Assembly (NCBI GenBank): GCA_946965045.2 | Contig: OX337234.1 | Location: 2,418,001-2,482,000, forward strand | DNA length: 64,000 nucleotides | Reading direction: 5' to 3' | From: Epithemia pelagica | Taxonomy: Eukaryota; Protista; Bacillariophyta | In this document: one piece after another, positions 23,252-34,541 of the stretch | Layout of the letters: each line of letters begins with the position of its first letter | Numbering within the stretch: the stretch's first letter is position 1 | Program-made: the position numbers and the translations under genes | The notes under the pieces: generated by a model | What the model saw: the letters and a program-made list of their open reading frames with translations, nothing else | Told to the model about the DNA's origin: nothing | The model's database searches: none

Positions 23252-24879
23252 TCAACGGCGTGAATGGTGTGTGATATGGCCCCCATCGGTGCTAGGGTGG
23301 TGAGGGGCTTGAGTCAGTGGTGCATTTCTGGTTGCCTCCACTTTCTCCGCTTTCTCGTGAATTTTTGTGACATTCTCCTCATGGGGCATCACGGCGTAGT
23401 ACTTTACATGTTTGATGGGCCGTAGTTCTTGGCCTTGTAGTAAAGGGATTTCTCCACGGTCAATACCAACAATCTTAGGTGCGTCTTCATCGGGTGCAAT
23501 GTTCCATGGATGGGCTTGATCGAAAGGATGCACCTCATCCTGGTATTCGATTGCGTGGGCTGATGAGCGTTTTTGGTCGACCGGAATCGTTGCGGGCTTC
23601 TGTGTAGTCGAAGACGCTGCGGGCTTTTGATTCGCCTTGTTATCGGCAGCATTTTCGTCGATTGCTTCTGTCATTGCAACATCATCGACGTCATCGTCTT
23701 TGGCAGATATTTTGGTATTGCCCGTGGGTTCCGAATGGTCATCATCCCCCTTTTCAGTGGATTCAGTTTCCGACTCGTGGCCCTGCTGTAACAGTGTGTC
23801 GATTTGGTTCACTGTTGGTTTTTTGGCAGGAGCGACACCAGGGGGGTAAATGATGGGACAAAATTTTCGGAACCACGTAACGACAGATGCAAGATAGTCC
23901 ACCGTAGTATCTAAACGATCGGCAGTCTGCATCAGGTCTGCGGCCACTTTCTTCGATCGGGAAGACCTCACTTCTGAACCGTCCGGGTTCGCGATGGTGA
24001 GGTATCCCACATCAAAGAGGGATTTTTGTGTGACTGCGACCGTGGAGTCATTCTTTGTGCTGTACAGCCAATTACCACAGACTGCAAATCCATTGAATTT
24101 GCAGTCACCTTGGTTGGGCAAAATGACAGCGACCGGAGTAGTGACACTAATTTTTAAAAGGTCAAATTCCGGTTCCTTCATTTGTCGGAAACAGTACATG
24201 GGCCGGATCAGCGTGTTGACTTTGTTATGAAATAATTGTAACAAATTCGACTGATCATGGGCCAGGGTATGGTACTTGGATGTTTTCAATTGCCAATAGG
24301 CAAACAAGTTACCACCCGGAGTGTTCTGTTCGGAAGATGTGGGGAACCACAAATTGTCATCAATGGCATTGGCCAAAGCGACTGCGGCGGTCCCCTTTGG
24401 ACGTTTCACGGCAGTATAGGCCATGGCCTTGGGCATGGTCCTTGATTGGAACCTTAGCACCGCCATATTAGGGTCCGTGAACCGCCAATCTTCGTCATAG
24501 TCCGACAAATAGGCAGCCTCCTCCTCCTCAGCCTTTTTCGGTGTCTCCTTTTCGGGGGCAGGCTTCGAGTCCTTTTTTTTGTCTCTTTTAGGAGACGACT
24601 CTTTTTTTATTTTGGGCCTGGGAACTTCTTTGACTGAAGCCTCATCCGAGAAGGAGTATTCTGAACCCGAGTCTTCATCCTGCTCCTCTTGATGAGTTTT
24701 TTTTTCCTTTTAGGAAGAATAGGAGAGGGTTCGTCAGGACTCGGCGGGGGATGCCGATGGGCCTTTTTTGCTCGGCTGCCGTCGTCAGCGGTGGAACCAC
24801 CAGATGGTTTTTTCAAAGCATCATTGACGAAACGGCCGGGGGTGGCCTTTGTAGGAGGAGGCTTTCGAATACGTCCCAT
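23252..24879 (-). CDS. Transposon ORF2, orphan protein (about 540 aa, frameshift in an A-run near 24700)
   Basis: ORF 23252..24508 stays open upstream (HQEEQDEDS...KKAEEEEAAYLSDYDEDW). It joins ORF 24607..24879 (MGRIRKPPP..KRKKK) via a 1-bp slip in the poly-T/A run. Basic NLS-like N-terminus; no recognised domain. Confidence 0.55.
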
Positions 24880-24933
24880 GACTGTTCGAGACCGTTACGA
24901 GATACGGCTCGTTGGGGGTAACGTATCGAAAAG

Positions 24934-25280
24934 GGAGACGACTTCGAGATGAAGCTCCGTGCCGTGGGAAAAAGACAACTGCAAGATGAAGCTCTCTCCC
25001 ACTATAGTAAGGAGTCGACTTCGAGATGAAGCTCCTGGTCTTGGGCTGCAAAGGAGACGACTTCGAGATGAAGCTCCTGGTCTTGGGCTGTAAAGGAGAC
25101 GACTTTGAGATGAAGCTCCTGGTCGTGGTCAGCAAAGGAGACGACTTTGAGATGAAGCTCCTGGTCCGACAGTAAAGGAGTCGACTTTGAGATGAAGCTC
25201 CTGGTCTTGGTCAGCAAAGGAGACGACTTCGAGATGAAGCTCCTGGTCCGGTCCAAAAGTAGAGGAGACGACTTTGATAT
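24934..25280. repeat. About 42-bp tandem array x7 plus degenerate copies
   Basis: Core ggag(a/t)cgactt(c/t)gagatgaagctcctggtc at 25011, 25053, 25095, 25137, 25177, 25219 and 25263. Confidence 0.9.
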
Positions 25281-25419
25281 GAAGGGAATGGGTTGTTTCT
25301 GCTGTTTCTCTGACAAAGAACAAAAAAAGGCAAGCGGTTAGAGATTGTGGGTGCTGTTGGACAATGATGGGTGGTGGAACGGTTGTTACTTACAGGATGG
25401 GATGGAGATGGGGTGGTGA

Positions 25420-25505
25420 CGATGGACAATGGACGATGGTGGGATGGATAATGGACAATGGATGATGGGCGAATGGACAATGGGCAATGGACGATGGACA
25501 ATGGT
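25420..25505. repeat. Degenerate gatggacaatgg minisatellite
   Basis: Repeated (ga)tggacaatgg / tggacgatgg units. Confidence 0.7.
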
Positions 25506-26262
25506 GTTGATGTAATGGGAAGGGTGGTCGATGGGTCTGTGTCTTCCCACTTTGTATTGGGTATGACTTTGTGAGCCGCGGTGTTGGTGGTAGGAAAATG
25601 AGATCGCTTCTGATTTGTACAAAAGGGACCTATAGTAAATTTCTCGTAGGATTGTTGCGCTCAAAGGTACATACGTGATTGCCTCGTAGAAAACTTGGTA
25701 CTTGGTTTCTGTCCCAGTTCCAATTCGTGATTCGATGTGATTGGATGGGCGAAGGTTCGGCGATTTTTCGACATATGCCTTGTGTACCGCGAGAGGGGGA
25801 GTGGTGTATGGGGACTTAATCCCCCATGCCGAAAAAGTTACTATAGAAAAAATAGTACTCAAGACTTACCAAGACTAAAATTAAGCGACGGTTATTTCGG
25901 TTTCCCGTTAGGAAGTGGAATCCCCCTCCCTCGGGCAAGTCCTTTCCTTTCCCCTTCCTTTCCCCCTCTCCCTGCCTGTTCCCCCGCTAAAGTCGGGGGG
26001 AACCCCCACATTCCTCACGTTCCGAGCTTTCTATCGCTCTGCCTGACATTATATGGGGGTCAATCAAAGAGGAGAAACAAGAGATCCAATATGATGGGTA
26101 ATATCATTAGGGTTAATGTTTTGGTTTGAAGCACGGTCTTTCCCCTGACTGGAATTGTGCGACCAAACCTTGTCTACAACCCCGATGTTGAAAAATATAT
26201 TTACTAAGAATTTAATTGTACTTGGTGAATGGAATCTTCAGAAAAATTATCCAAAATTGCGT

Positions 26263-26330
26263 AGTCCTGTCCCCCCCATAGTCGTTTCAGTAACATTCCG
26301 GGGGGACAGGACTCCGCAAATTACGGTAGG
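26263..26330. repeat. Right TIR and inverted subterminal repeat of the DNA transposon
   Basis: agtcctgtccccccc (about 26263) and ggggggacaggact (26300) form a local inverted pair; the terminal 31 bp match the left TIR. Confidence 0.85.
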
Positions 26331-26495
26331 TAATCCAGAAGCCCACGGAACACGCTAACGAAGGACGGACGGATAATCGAAGAAGAAAAGATGAAAGAGC
26401 ATGCAATGGTCTTATTTTCATGGTTTATGGTTTATACCTCCGTTAATCGATACAAATAGCTCAAAGTGCTGACTAAACATGAACTGAGCTACTCT

Positions 26496-28464
26496 TCACT
26501 CAACGCGCACTGTCTCTGCAGGGCTCGCCGGGATATCGTCATCATCATCATCTTTGGTTTCCTCAATCTTATTGCGATTCAAAGAATGGTCTTTACCTTC
26601 GCGTTTGGGGTAAGCCAGGGCATACAACAAATCAAGGTGCTTACCCGATTGTTGAGAGAGCTGACCAGGAGGAGGCAGGGATCCCATAACAGATTCCCTC
26701 GTGCGCCGTTGAACAGTTTTGGTGACCATTCCGGTGTTGCCATCGGTAATACGAACATCGCCATTGCTACTTCCAATCGATCGTTCGTCGGTTGCTTCGT
26801 CTTCCTCTTGAATTGAGTTGCCGTTTCCAGTGCGACGAACAGCTCTAAGCAACCGCCGATTCCATTTATTGACAACCTTCATCGAAATCATGGAACGGCC
26901 AAGGCGGAACTGCACTGGTTGAGAAGGGGACAATTCAAGAGGCCTTCGAAGGTACAGGTAGGAACCATTGGATGATCCTGCATCGGTGAAGATAAATTCT
27001 CCATTCTTAAACCGTATCGTTGCGTGCCGGGCAGAGACTGTGCGGTAGTCCAAAACCATATCGGAACCGGACGAACGGCCCAACAGAAGAGGTCTCGTAG
27101 CGTTCCGTCCATCAGTTTTCATAATAGTACTAAAGGAAAGCTGAAAGCGAGTATTGAACAGACGCTGTGCCATTTCATGCTTGGTAGCAACCAGGAGGGA
27201 GATGTAAGGAGGCTCCAGTGACGACTTGAACAACTTCACATGTCGCCCATCCTTCAACTTGAAGTCAGATTTGAAAGTACTCTTGCAAACCGAACAGGTT
27301 GCATCGACGGATGAAAGGAAGCAGATTTGGTTGTCTGCTTCAGCGGTGTGCCATTTGCGCAAACACTCGACATGGACATACGCAGTGTCACCTGTGCATT
27401 TACAAGGAGTAATCAGAGGATTTTCCTCGGTGTCCTCCTCATCGAAACACATGTAACACACAGGTTTGTCTCCTGTTTCAGCATATCGCTTGTTGATTCG
27501 TTTCTTATCCTCTTCAATGGAGTCGTCCGAGTTTTCTAATACGCGAAGAGCATGGTCAGCTATACGTATAAACATCAACATGGTTATATCAAATACGACG
27601 AATCGACTCACCTCCATCAGTCTCGGCCAAGTCCAAAAAGCCTGCATTGCTGTTTGTGGTGTCTTTCATAATTTTTTGTATTTTCTCTTCAGAAAGAACA
27701 CGGTTTTCTACTCCATCGTGGGTTTCAATCACCACAACTCCCACAGAACCGACGCGAAGAAAGTCACCAACCTGTAACGTATGAGATGACGGAGGGTGTT
27801 TACGGTCACCCAAGAGTCGGCAAGTACCCGAATGCCGAGAAAAAGCTTCCGGTGCAGGCACAACCCAAAAGGACTTTGAGTGGGTGGTAACTAGCAATTG
27901 ACAAGCCCGAGTGTCTGAAAGTTCGTAACGTTGTAATTTCCGACCAATGTGCATTGCGTATTCCGATCCCAAATCAACATTGCTGGAGCGGTTACGGTTG
28001 TTGCCAGAGATAAGGCATCCCTCAGGGCGGATCGTGAACGAGCTCGCAGCCTTTTTCTTGGAACTATTCGAGTTGTTGCAGGGGTAAACACGCACTTCAA
28101 CTTGTGTATCAAGACGAGCATTAACTTCCGAGGCCGGATTGATACAACGAGCAGGAGTTGGGAGTGCTTCATCGCGAACCAGCGGCCTTCCTCGTGCCTG
28201 GGGAGGCGAGGTAGGCGGGGACGGCATAACGTCATCCACGCTGTTGGACGGACCAACATCATTGTCTGCAAACATTGGTTGGGTTCGTGCTCTCTCGTTC
28301 AAGGGCAACGGCCTCAAGTTCGCCGGTAATGAGGAATCGGATGGGTTGTTGTGACTGTTTTCCGGAGTGTTTACTACGGTTGTTGAAATCGACATGGTCT
28401 GTTCAGGCTGATTCTCAGCTGAAGCAGAACTAGTTGCGTTCTCTTCTGTTCCTCCCGATGTCAT
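26496..28464 (-). CDS. RINGv (C4HC3) E3 ligase with FHA domain(s); two exons
   Basis: Exons 28464-27612 and 27559-26496 are joined by a 52-bp GTGAGT..TAG intron (ETDG-ADHAL). RINGv motif CYMCFD..PCKCTG..YVHVECLRKW..CSVC; FHA motif LGRSSGSD..RTVSARHA..SSNGSYL. Confidence 0.88.
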
Positions 28465-29659
28465 GGTTAAACTGTGAATACAATTTTATGACAGAGTGAT
28501 AAACAGATAATCCGATTGCCAGTGGTGCTGCTGGAAGCTTCCTGTGCAGAGAGAACAAAAGCGAGTCCGGTAGATCACTTAGAGTTAATGTATGGCGAAA
28601 AAATTAGCTGTCACAGGCGCAAAGAGCCTTGTCGACAATACCAGGAACTCGACTTCACGTCCAGAAATGATCGACGCCATGGTCACATTCCCTTTGACAT
28701 GTCAGGCTGTATCAAGGAGACTCACCTTAAAAAGCCAGCGGAATAATTTAAACGACGCTGCAAATCGAAACCCAACGCCTCTTATGGTCTCGGCAGTGAA
28801 ACGAGAACGGAGACGATGACAGAAGGCACAAAAGGAAAGAGGCGGTTGTCTGCAGCTTCTTCGCTGGTGAGCCCGGTGCATGTGCGCTCTCTAACCGGCG
28901 TGCGTTCGGGCTTATGCCCAATTAGACGTACCCAACTGATTTCTTCGTCTCAGATTTTTGGGCGCTTGTAACAGGCCAGTAAAGAACACCCCAACGGATC
29001 ACATTCAAGTATTTAAGCAGCTGCTACGAATAGCTACGAGCGCATCCCCCTCGTTCGGCTGAGTTTTAGTTGAAATTTTGGAGTAAATAGGAGAAAATTG
29101 AGGTAAACATGTCACAGAAACAGGCTAAGTAGATATCGTACTATAAGTCTTTCTAGTACCAGGTCCTTATCATATTCTCTAGCGGGTACGGAATTAGCTG
29201 AGGTGCGCATTCAAGGAGAGTTGTTTCGTCACCCATGAGAGTCCAAAATCAACTAAGCTCGGGAGTGAATACAGAGCTAGTCGTGAATGGGAATGGGCAC
29301 TCCCGTATTTTCCAGTTCACGTTTCATACCGTCACATGATGTGTTGTCCCGGTTTCATAACGCTACGTTGTAGGACCTCTCCTAATCCAAGCCCTAACCC
29401 TAATATGAAGTGAAGCTACCTACCTACCTCTCTCTTTATAGAGAACTCTCTTCTACTCCTCTCTAGCTAGAGAGCTAGAGGGAACTCGAGTACGTACTCG
29501 TACTCTGATTCTGTGAGTACACACACCACGCATTTCGAAGTGTCTGCCGACTGCCGATGGATCCTTGTTGGGGACTGATTGACACCACATTTCCTCATCT
29601 AGTAGAGTTGTTTCGGTGAGATCTTCCGTCAGTTGTAGACCACTTCTTAATGTAAGAGG

Positions 29660-31783
29660 ATGCGTCGGTGTGTCATGACATTGCTGATGCTGCGTCATGT
29701 GGTCTCCTTCCAGCCGATGCGGAATAGGCTACCTGAGCTCAGAGGAGGATTCGTTATGATGGGATCGAGCAAGTCGCGATCACGACGGACTGGCTGTCTG
29801 ATGTTGTCTACACAATCCAACGTCGATTTCAAGTTAAAGGGCATCGAATGGTTGCAAGAGACAGTTGTTGATGTTTTGAATGAACTCTATGACCCCGCAG
29901 AAGTTGCTCGAGGAGCTGTAATGGTTAAATTTTCGAAAGGAAATAAGAAGAAAAAGAAAAAGAAGGACGGTGATGAATCTCCAGAACTGAGCGACAGTGA
30001 AAAACAAGCCCTTGCAGATGAGGCGGCCATGCAAGCAAAGCCATTTAATAGCAAGGACGCAATGGTTACTCCAGCCACACGCCCTGAATTTGGCGATTAT
30101 CAAGTCAATGCGGCTATGGGGCTAGCCAATGCACTTGGAATGAATCCTGTCGTATGTGCCAATGAAATAATTGAGGGGTTGAAACCTCGTATTGGTGATT
30201 TCATGGAAGAACCAGAAATTGCAGGGCCCGGGTTTGTTAATCTCAGATTTCAATCTGGTTACCTACAACAAGCCGTACAGGAAATGGTCAGCGACGAGAG
30301 TGGACGCCTTGCTATTCCGAAAACAGCAAATCCCCAGAGAATAGTGGTGGACTTTTCCTCTCCAAATATTGCCAAAGAGATGCATGTGGGACATTTACGT
30401 TCTACGATCATTGGGGATACCTTGTGTAATCTTCTCGATTTTCTTGGTCATGAAGTCGTTCGACTGAATCACGTTGGAGATTGGGGAACACAGTTTGGGA
30501 TGCTTGTCGAACACTTGCGTGATGAATACCCCCAAGCCTTGGACAAGGATTCGGTGGAGACAGTTGATCTCGGAGACCTTGTCGTCTTGTACAAAGCTGC
30601 TAAGAAAAGGTTCGATGATGACGATGAATTCAAAACTCGAGCGCGGGAGGGGGTGGTAAAGCTCCAAGCTGGTAATCCTGAGGAAATCGCGGCGTGGGAA
30701 GCTCTGTGCGCTGCTAGCAGGGTTGAGTATCAAAAAATTTATGATCTCTTGGATATTGAGGGATTGGAAGAAAGGGGAGAGTCGTATTACAACAGGTATC
30801 TGGCAGAAGTTGTTGAAGAACTCGAAGGCCTTGGAATGGCTGTAGAAAGCGATGGAGCAAAGGTCGTCTACGTTGACGGCTACACCAATCGAGATGGATC
30901 AGCTTTCCCCTTGATCATACAAAAGTCTGACGGGGGGTTCAATTATGCGACAACTGACCTAGCCGCGGTGCGCCATCGAACCAGCACACCAAAAGAGAAG
31001 TCGGGTGAACTGGCCGACCGAGTTCTTTATGTAACCGATGCTGGTCAGTCCTCCCACTTTGAGATGGTATTTCAAGTTGCGAAGAAAGCCGGATTTTCCT
31101 CCGAAAACTCTTCGCTTGAGCATGTTCCATTCGGTTTGGTCCAAGGAGAAGACGGCAAGAAATTTGCAACGAGGTCTGGGGATACAGTGAAGCTGAAAGA
31201 TTTATTGAATGAATCCATTCGAATCGCTGGTGAAGACTTGCGTGAAAGGTCTGAAACCAATGACCAAGCGTTGTTGGAGAGGTACGACAAAGTAGCACGC
31301 ATTGTGGGCGTGGGTGCGGTTAAGTACGCGGATCTCTCTATGAATCGAGAATCTAACTACAGGTTTAGCTACGAACGAATGCTGAGTCTGAATGGGAACA
31401 CCGCTCCGTATATGATGTATGCATATGCTCGAATCTGCAGTATCGTTAGAAAGGGGAGCGGTCAAGAAGAGGGCACGACAGTTGTTTGGCCAGAGCCATC
31501 ACCCCTGATTATTTCCCATGAATCAGAACTTAACTTGATGAGAAAGTTGTCCAAACTTCCTGACGTATTGAACGATGTCGAGCGCTTTCTATACCCAAAC
31601 AAGATCTGTGATTTCCTTTTCGAAACTTCACAACAGTTCAATCAGTTTTATGAAAACTGCTCCGTGAACAAGGCAGAAACGCCTGAGCTAAAAGCTAGTC
31701 GACTGTCACTCTGTACAGCAACCGCTGGTACCATTCGAGTCTTGCTCCAAATTCTCGGTATTAATGTTGTAGAAAAGCTATAA
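29660..31783 (+). CDS. argS: Arginyl-tRNA synthetase, probably plastid/organelle-targeted
   Basis: FGDYQ.NAAM, VVDFSSPNIAKEMHVGHLRSTIIGD (HIGH), NHVGDWGTQFG, GKKFATRSG, GNTAPY. The N-terminus has a signal peptide ending VVS-FQP (ASAF-like) followed by a basic transit peptide. Confidence 0.96.
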   Translation: MRRCVMTLLMLRHVVSFQPMRNRLPELRGGFVMMGSSKSRSRRTGCLMLSTQSNVDFKLKGIEWLQETVVDVLNELYDPAEVARGAVMVKFSKGNKKKKKKKDGDESPELSDSEKQALADEAAMQAKPFNSKDAMVTPATRPEFGDYQVNAAMGLANALGMNPVVCANEIIEGLKPRIGDFMEEPEIAGPGFVNLRFQSGYLQQAVQEMVSDESGRLAIPKTANPQRIVVDFSSPNIAKEMHVGHLRSTIIGDTLCNLLDFLGHEVVRLNHVGDWGTQFGMLVEHLRDEYPQALDKDSVETVDLGDLVVLYKAAKKRFDDDDEFKTRAREGVVKLQAGNPEEIAAWEALCAASRVEYQKIYDLLDIEGLEERGESYYNRYLAEVVEELEGLGMAVESDGAKVVYVDGYTNRDGSAFPLIIQKSDGGFNYATTDLAAVRHRTSTPKEKSGELADRVLYVTDAGQSSHFEMVFQVAKKAGFSSENSSLEHVPFGLVQGEDGKKFATRSGDTVKLKDLLNESIRIAGEDLRERSETNDQALLERYDKVARIVGVGAVKYADLSMNRESNYRFSYERMLSLNGNTAPYMMYAYARICSIVRKGSGQEEGTTVVWPEPSPLIISHESELNLMRKLSKLPDVLNDVERFLYPNKICDFLFETSQQFNQFYENCSVNKAETPELKASRLSLCTATAGTIRVLLQILGINVVEKL

Positions 31784-31819
31784 AGAGATTACGACTGTAT
31801 GTGTATCAGTAGTTCTCGA

Positions 31820-32785
31820 TCAAAAGGCGAATTGGATGCCACTACCACTACTTTCTTCTTTGGCTGGTTTCTTGACAACTGGAGGCGGAGCGGCCCTTCG
31901 AACAGGTTGTTCTGGAGGCGGAGCATTTTCTGCGCCTTCACCAATTGGCTTTTTCTTGGGTTTCTTCATCCACTGTTCAACAGAGTATTCACTTCGTCCG
32001 ACCTTCAAGAGGATTGCAGAAAGCCAATCCAACACTTCTTCGTCCATGATATCATCGAATTTCTTGGTTGGGTTCACAATGAAAACAGAGCTGCCTTGTA
32101 GACCACTCTTTTGAACAGTAACCCACGCATGATAGAATCCAACTTTGGCCTTCTTTTTCACCATCTCTTTGAGGTTCTTGGCAAAGTTATAGCGGTAGCG
32201 ATGGTTTTCAATCATCGGATACCACAAGATAATGGTCGTGTAGGGATTCCTTTCCAAAACACGTTCAATCATCTTGGAAGAGCGATAAAAGTCCTCGTCA
32301 TCCTCGTAAGATGGATCCACAAAGAGAACAGGATGCTTGTCGGAAGCGGGAAGAAAGAATTCAATGGCTTCGGGGTGAAAAGCATCTCCTTTCTCTAAAA
32401 TGGGTTTCTTTTTGAGTCCCTTGACATCCCCAACGTTCAAATCACAGAGACGATGCTCGTCTTGAGGGCGCATCAATCGCTCTCCGAAAACTGGTGATCC
32501 AGGGTATTGTTGCATGTAGCTGTCGGCGCCCTTGACAATCTGGAAATAATGTTTGACAGGAAGGGGAGCGTCGTCAATGTTCTGTGAGATTCTGAGGATA
32601 CCTTTCTTGTACTCTTCCGACTTTTGATCCCCCAAATCATAGAGGCCTGGTCCACAGTGTGTGTCGACGAGGAGAATTCCCTCCTCGTGGGCCATTTGCT
32701 GCGCCACAATGTGAGACCTCAAAATGACATGCTTCAGGACATCACCGTGATTCCCGGCCTGGTGAAGATGCTGCGATGAAGCCAT
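31820..32785 (-). CDS. rlmJ: RlmJ-like 23S rRNA m6A methyltransferase (bacterial-type)
   Basis: HQAGNHGDVLKH, VDTHCGPGLYDL, YPGSP, FVDPSYE (DPPY-like) and LWYP match RlmJ. Likely start is the ATG at 32785. Confidence 0.85.
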   Translation of the reverse strand: MASSQHLHQAGNHGDVLKHVILRSHIVAQQMAHEEGILLVDTHCGPGLYDLGDQKSEEYKKGILRISQNIDDAPLPVKHYFQIVKGADSYMQQYPGSPVFGERLMRPQDEHRLCDLNVGDVKGLKKKPILEKGDAFHPEAIEFFLPASDKHPVLFVDPSYEDDEDFYRSSKMIERVLERNPYTTIILWYPMIENHRYRYNFAKNLKEMVKKKAKVGFYHAWVTVQKSGLQGSSVFIVNPTKKFDDIMDEEVLDWLSAILLKVGRSEYSVEQWMKKPKKKPIGEGAENAPPPEQPVRRAAPPPVVKKPAKEESSGSGIQFAF

Positions 32786-33212
32786 AGTTTCAAATAGATG
32801 CTTCTCGATTGCTTTTGTCTCTTGCTCTCCTCTTTTGTCTTGCACACTTTGCCTGGCGACGACGATTGATGCGAATGTCTTGCTCAAGATCGAAAATTGT
32901 GACCATTCCGTCATCTCCGAAAAGACCCCCCAAGGTAGTCACGAAAGACTGGTGGGGGAATCATTCCCGCGAAAATTACGTTTTTGTTTTCGTTCAAAGA
33001 GCAAAGACGATTTTTCGCCAAAACTATAGAAGAACAAAAACACCATCTGTGTGAGAATCTGGACGCAAGGCGAAGAGCGCGGAAGGAATTCCCACACGGC
33101 GACGGCGCCTGTTTTCGACGTTGTTACAAAACAGTCAGCAGCGCGCCTGCGACAGTCAAATCAAACCATTGCTCAAACATCAAAGCCATAATCCTACAAG
33201 TTTACCTAAACC

Positions 33213-34014
33213 ATGACGATTCCTCCTCAAGTCGAACAAGTTATCACCAAGATTGATGCCTTCATGGCAAAGTACCCTCAAGTCTCTCAGTATGGTGAGT
33301 TTTCAAATGATATGAGAAGCATTGCCACAGCTCCGGTGGGACGTCCACGTCTCCATCACACAGACCGGTGAAAGCAACTTTGACAAGAAGGAAGAAAGAA
33401 CGGATCAATGCGACACGAACGTTACATTCGATTTCTCTGGAACAGGTGAATCGTTGGCACTCAGATCCTGGGCGGGTAGTTCCAGTTACCATTTAAGAGA
33501 TAACACGACGAGAATATCTTCGATGGTTGTCGACGAGGAATGTGTTTTGGAGTGAATTATTGCTCACAGACTATGGATTTCTTCTCCATGTTTCTTTCTT
33601 ACAGAGCGTCTTAAGGAAATTGAAGACAAGACTGGCTATCCAAAGGCCATCTTCTTCGTCGTTGGTGTCGTTGTCCTTGGAACTCTCTTGACCCTGGTCG
33701 GAGGAACAAAGTTGATTGTGGATTTGATGGGCTTTGTTTACCCAGCCTACATGTCATTCAAGTCAATGGACTCTGGAAGTCAGGATATGACGCAGTGGCT
33801 GACGTATTGGGTTGTCTTTTCATTTTCGTCGATTTTGGAAAACTTGCTTGGTTTCTTGGTCGAATTCATCCCCTTCTACACTTGGATCAAGGTTGGAATC
33901 ATTGTGTGGATGTACCATCCGTCCACAATGGGAGCGAAGACAGTGTATGAACAAGGACTTCGGCCTCTTCTCCTTCCCTACATCAACGTTTCGGAACCGA
34001 CGAAAACAGATTAA
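33213..34014 (+). CDS. REEP/HVA22/YOP1 (TB2/DP1) ER-shaping protein; two exons
   Basis: Exons 33213-33294 and 33605-34014 with a 310-bp GTGAGT..CAG intron (SQY-ERLKEIEDKTGYPK). Motifs YPAYMSFK, QWLTYWVV and IPFY. Confidence 0.9.
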
Positions 34015-34541
34015 CTTCACCTCATCCTGCCATCTATCGCTTCATGAAATATTATAAAGCTGTCACCATCACATACTAGTACAAAAGCAAACTTACGTAT
34101 TGTTATTGTCCTAGGAGTACTCCTACATCGTTGCCTAATCCTATGACATGACTTCGATGCTAGCGCTCCAGACCAGCAACAGGTATCTTCCGTCTATTCG
34201 AATTTCAATTTTGCGAACGCATTCTTCTTGCCGCCATCATCTTGCGCGTGGAGAAATCCGATACAAAAAATGAATGTTGTTGCTGGCGCCCCTCGCTCGC
34301 GCTCCTGCCGACATGGACACGCAATCCGCGTGCCGCGCACTGCGCTCCCTCTATTGTATTGTCTATTGTATTGTACGCCGGGCACTGACCAGTCTGTGAC
34401 GTGTCACAGCATCACGTGTGTCACACACGTCTCTTTTTCAGTCCCGCACTCTCGCTTCGACCCACGACTGGACACGGGCGACGGAGGTACCGAGAGACCA
34501 TCATCCATCGCATGTGACCATGGGATCAAAAGAATCTGACA

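Larger units (their letters stand above)
13508..26330. mobile_element. About 12.8-kb cut-and-paste DNA transposon (about 7.4 kb without the nested LTR element), two convergent ORFs
   Basis: 31-bp TIRs at 13508-13538 (cctactgtaatttgcggattcctgtcccccc) and 26300-26330 match at 29/31. TA on both sides (13506-7, 26331-2). Subterminal gtcctgtcccccc repeats near 13543 and 26264. Exact ends are ambiguous by about 4 bp because the flanks are themselves symmetric. Confidence 0.85.

Noticed and set aside
22946-25280. 30-bp and 42-bp arrays as CRISPR arrays
   Set aside because: Units are contiguous with no unique spacers, there are no cas genes, and the context is eukaryotic.
25386-26358. Short ORFs near the right end of the DNA transposon
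   Set aside because: Low-complexity, purine/pyrimidine-skewed subterminal sequence with no protein signatures.
33295-33604. 310-bp REEP intron as a snoRNA host
   Set aside because: No convincing C/D or H/ACA box pair with a terminal stem was found by eye.
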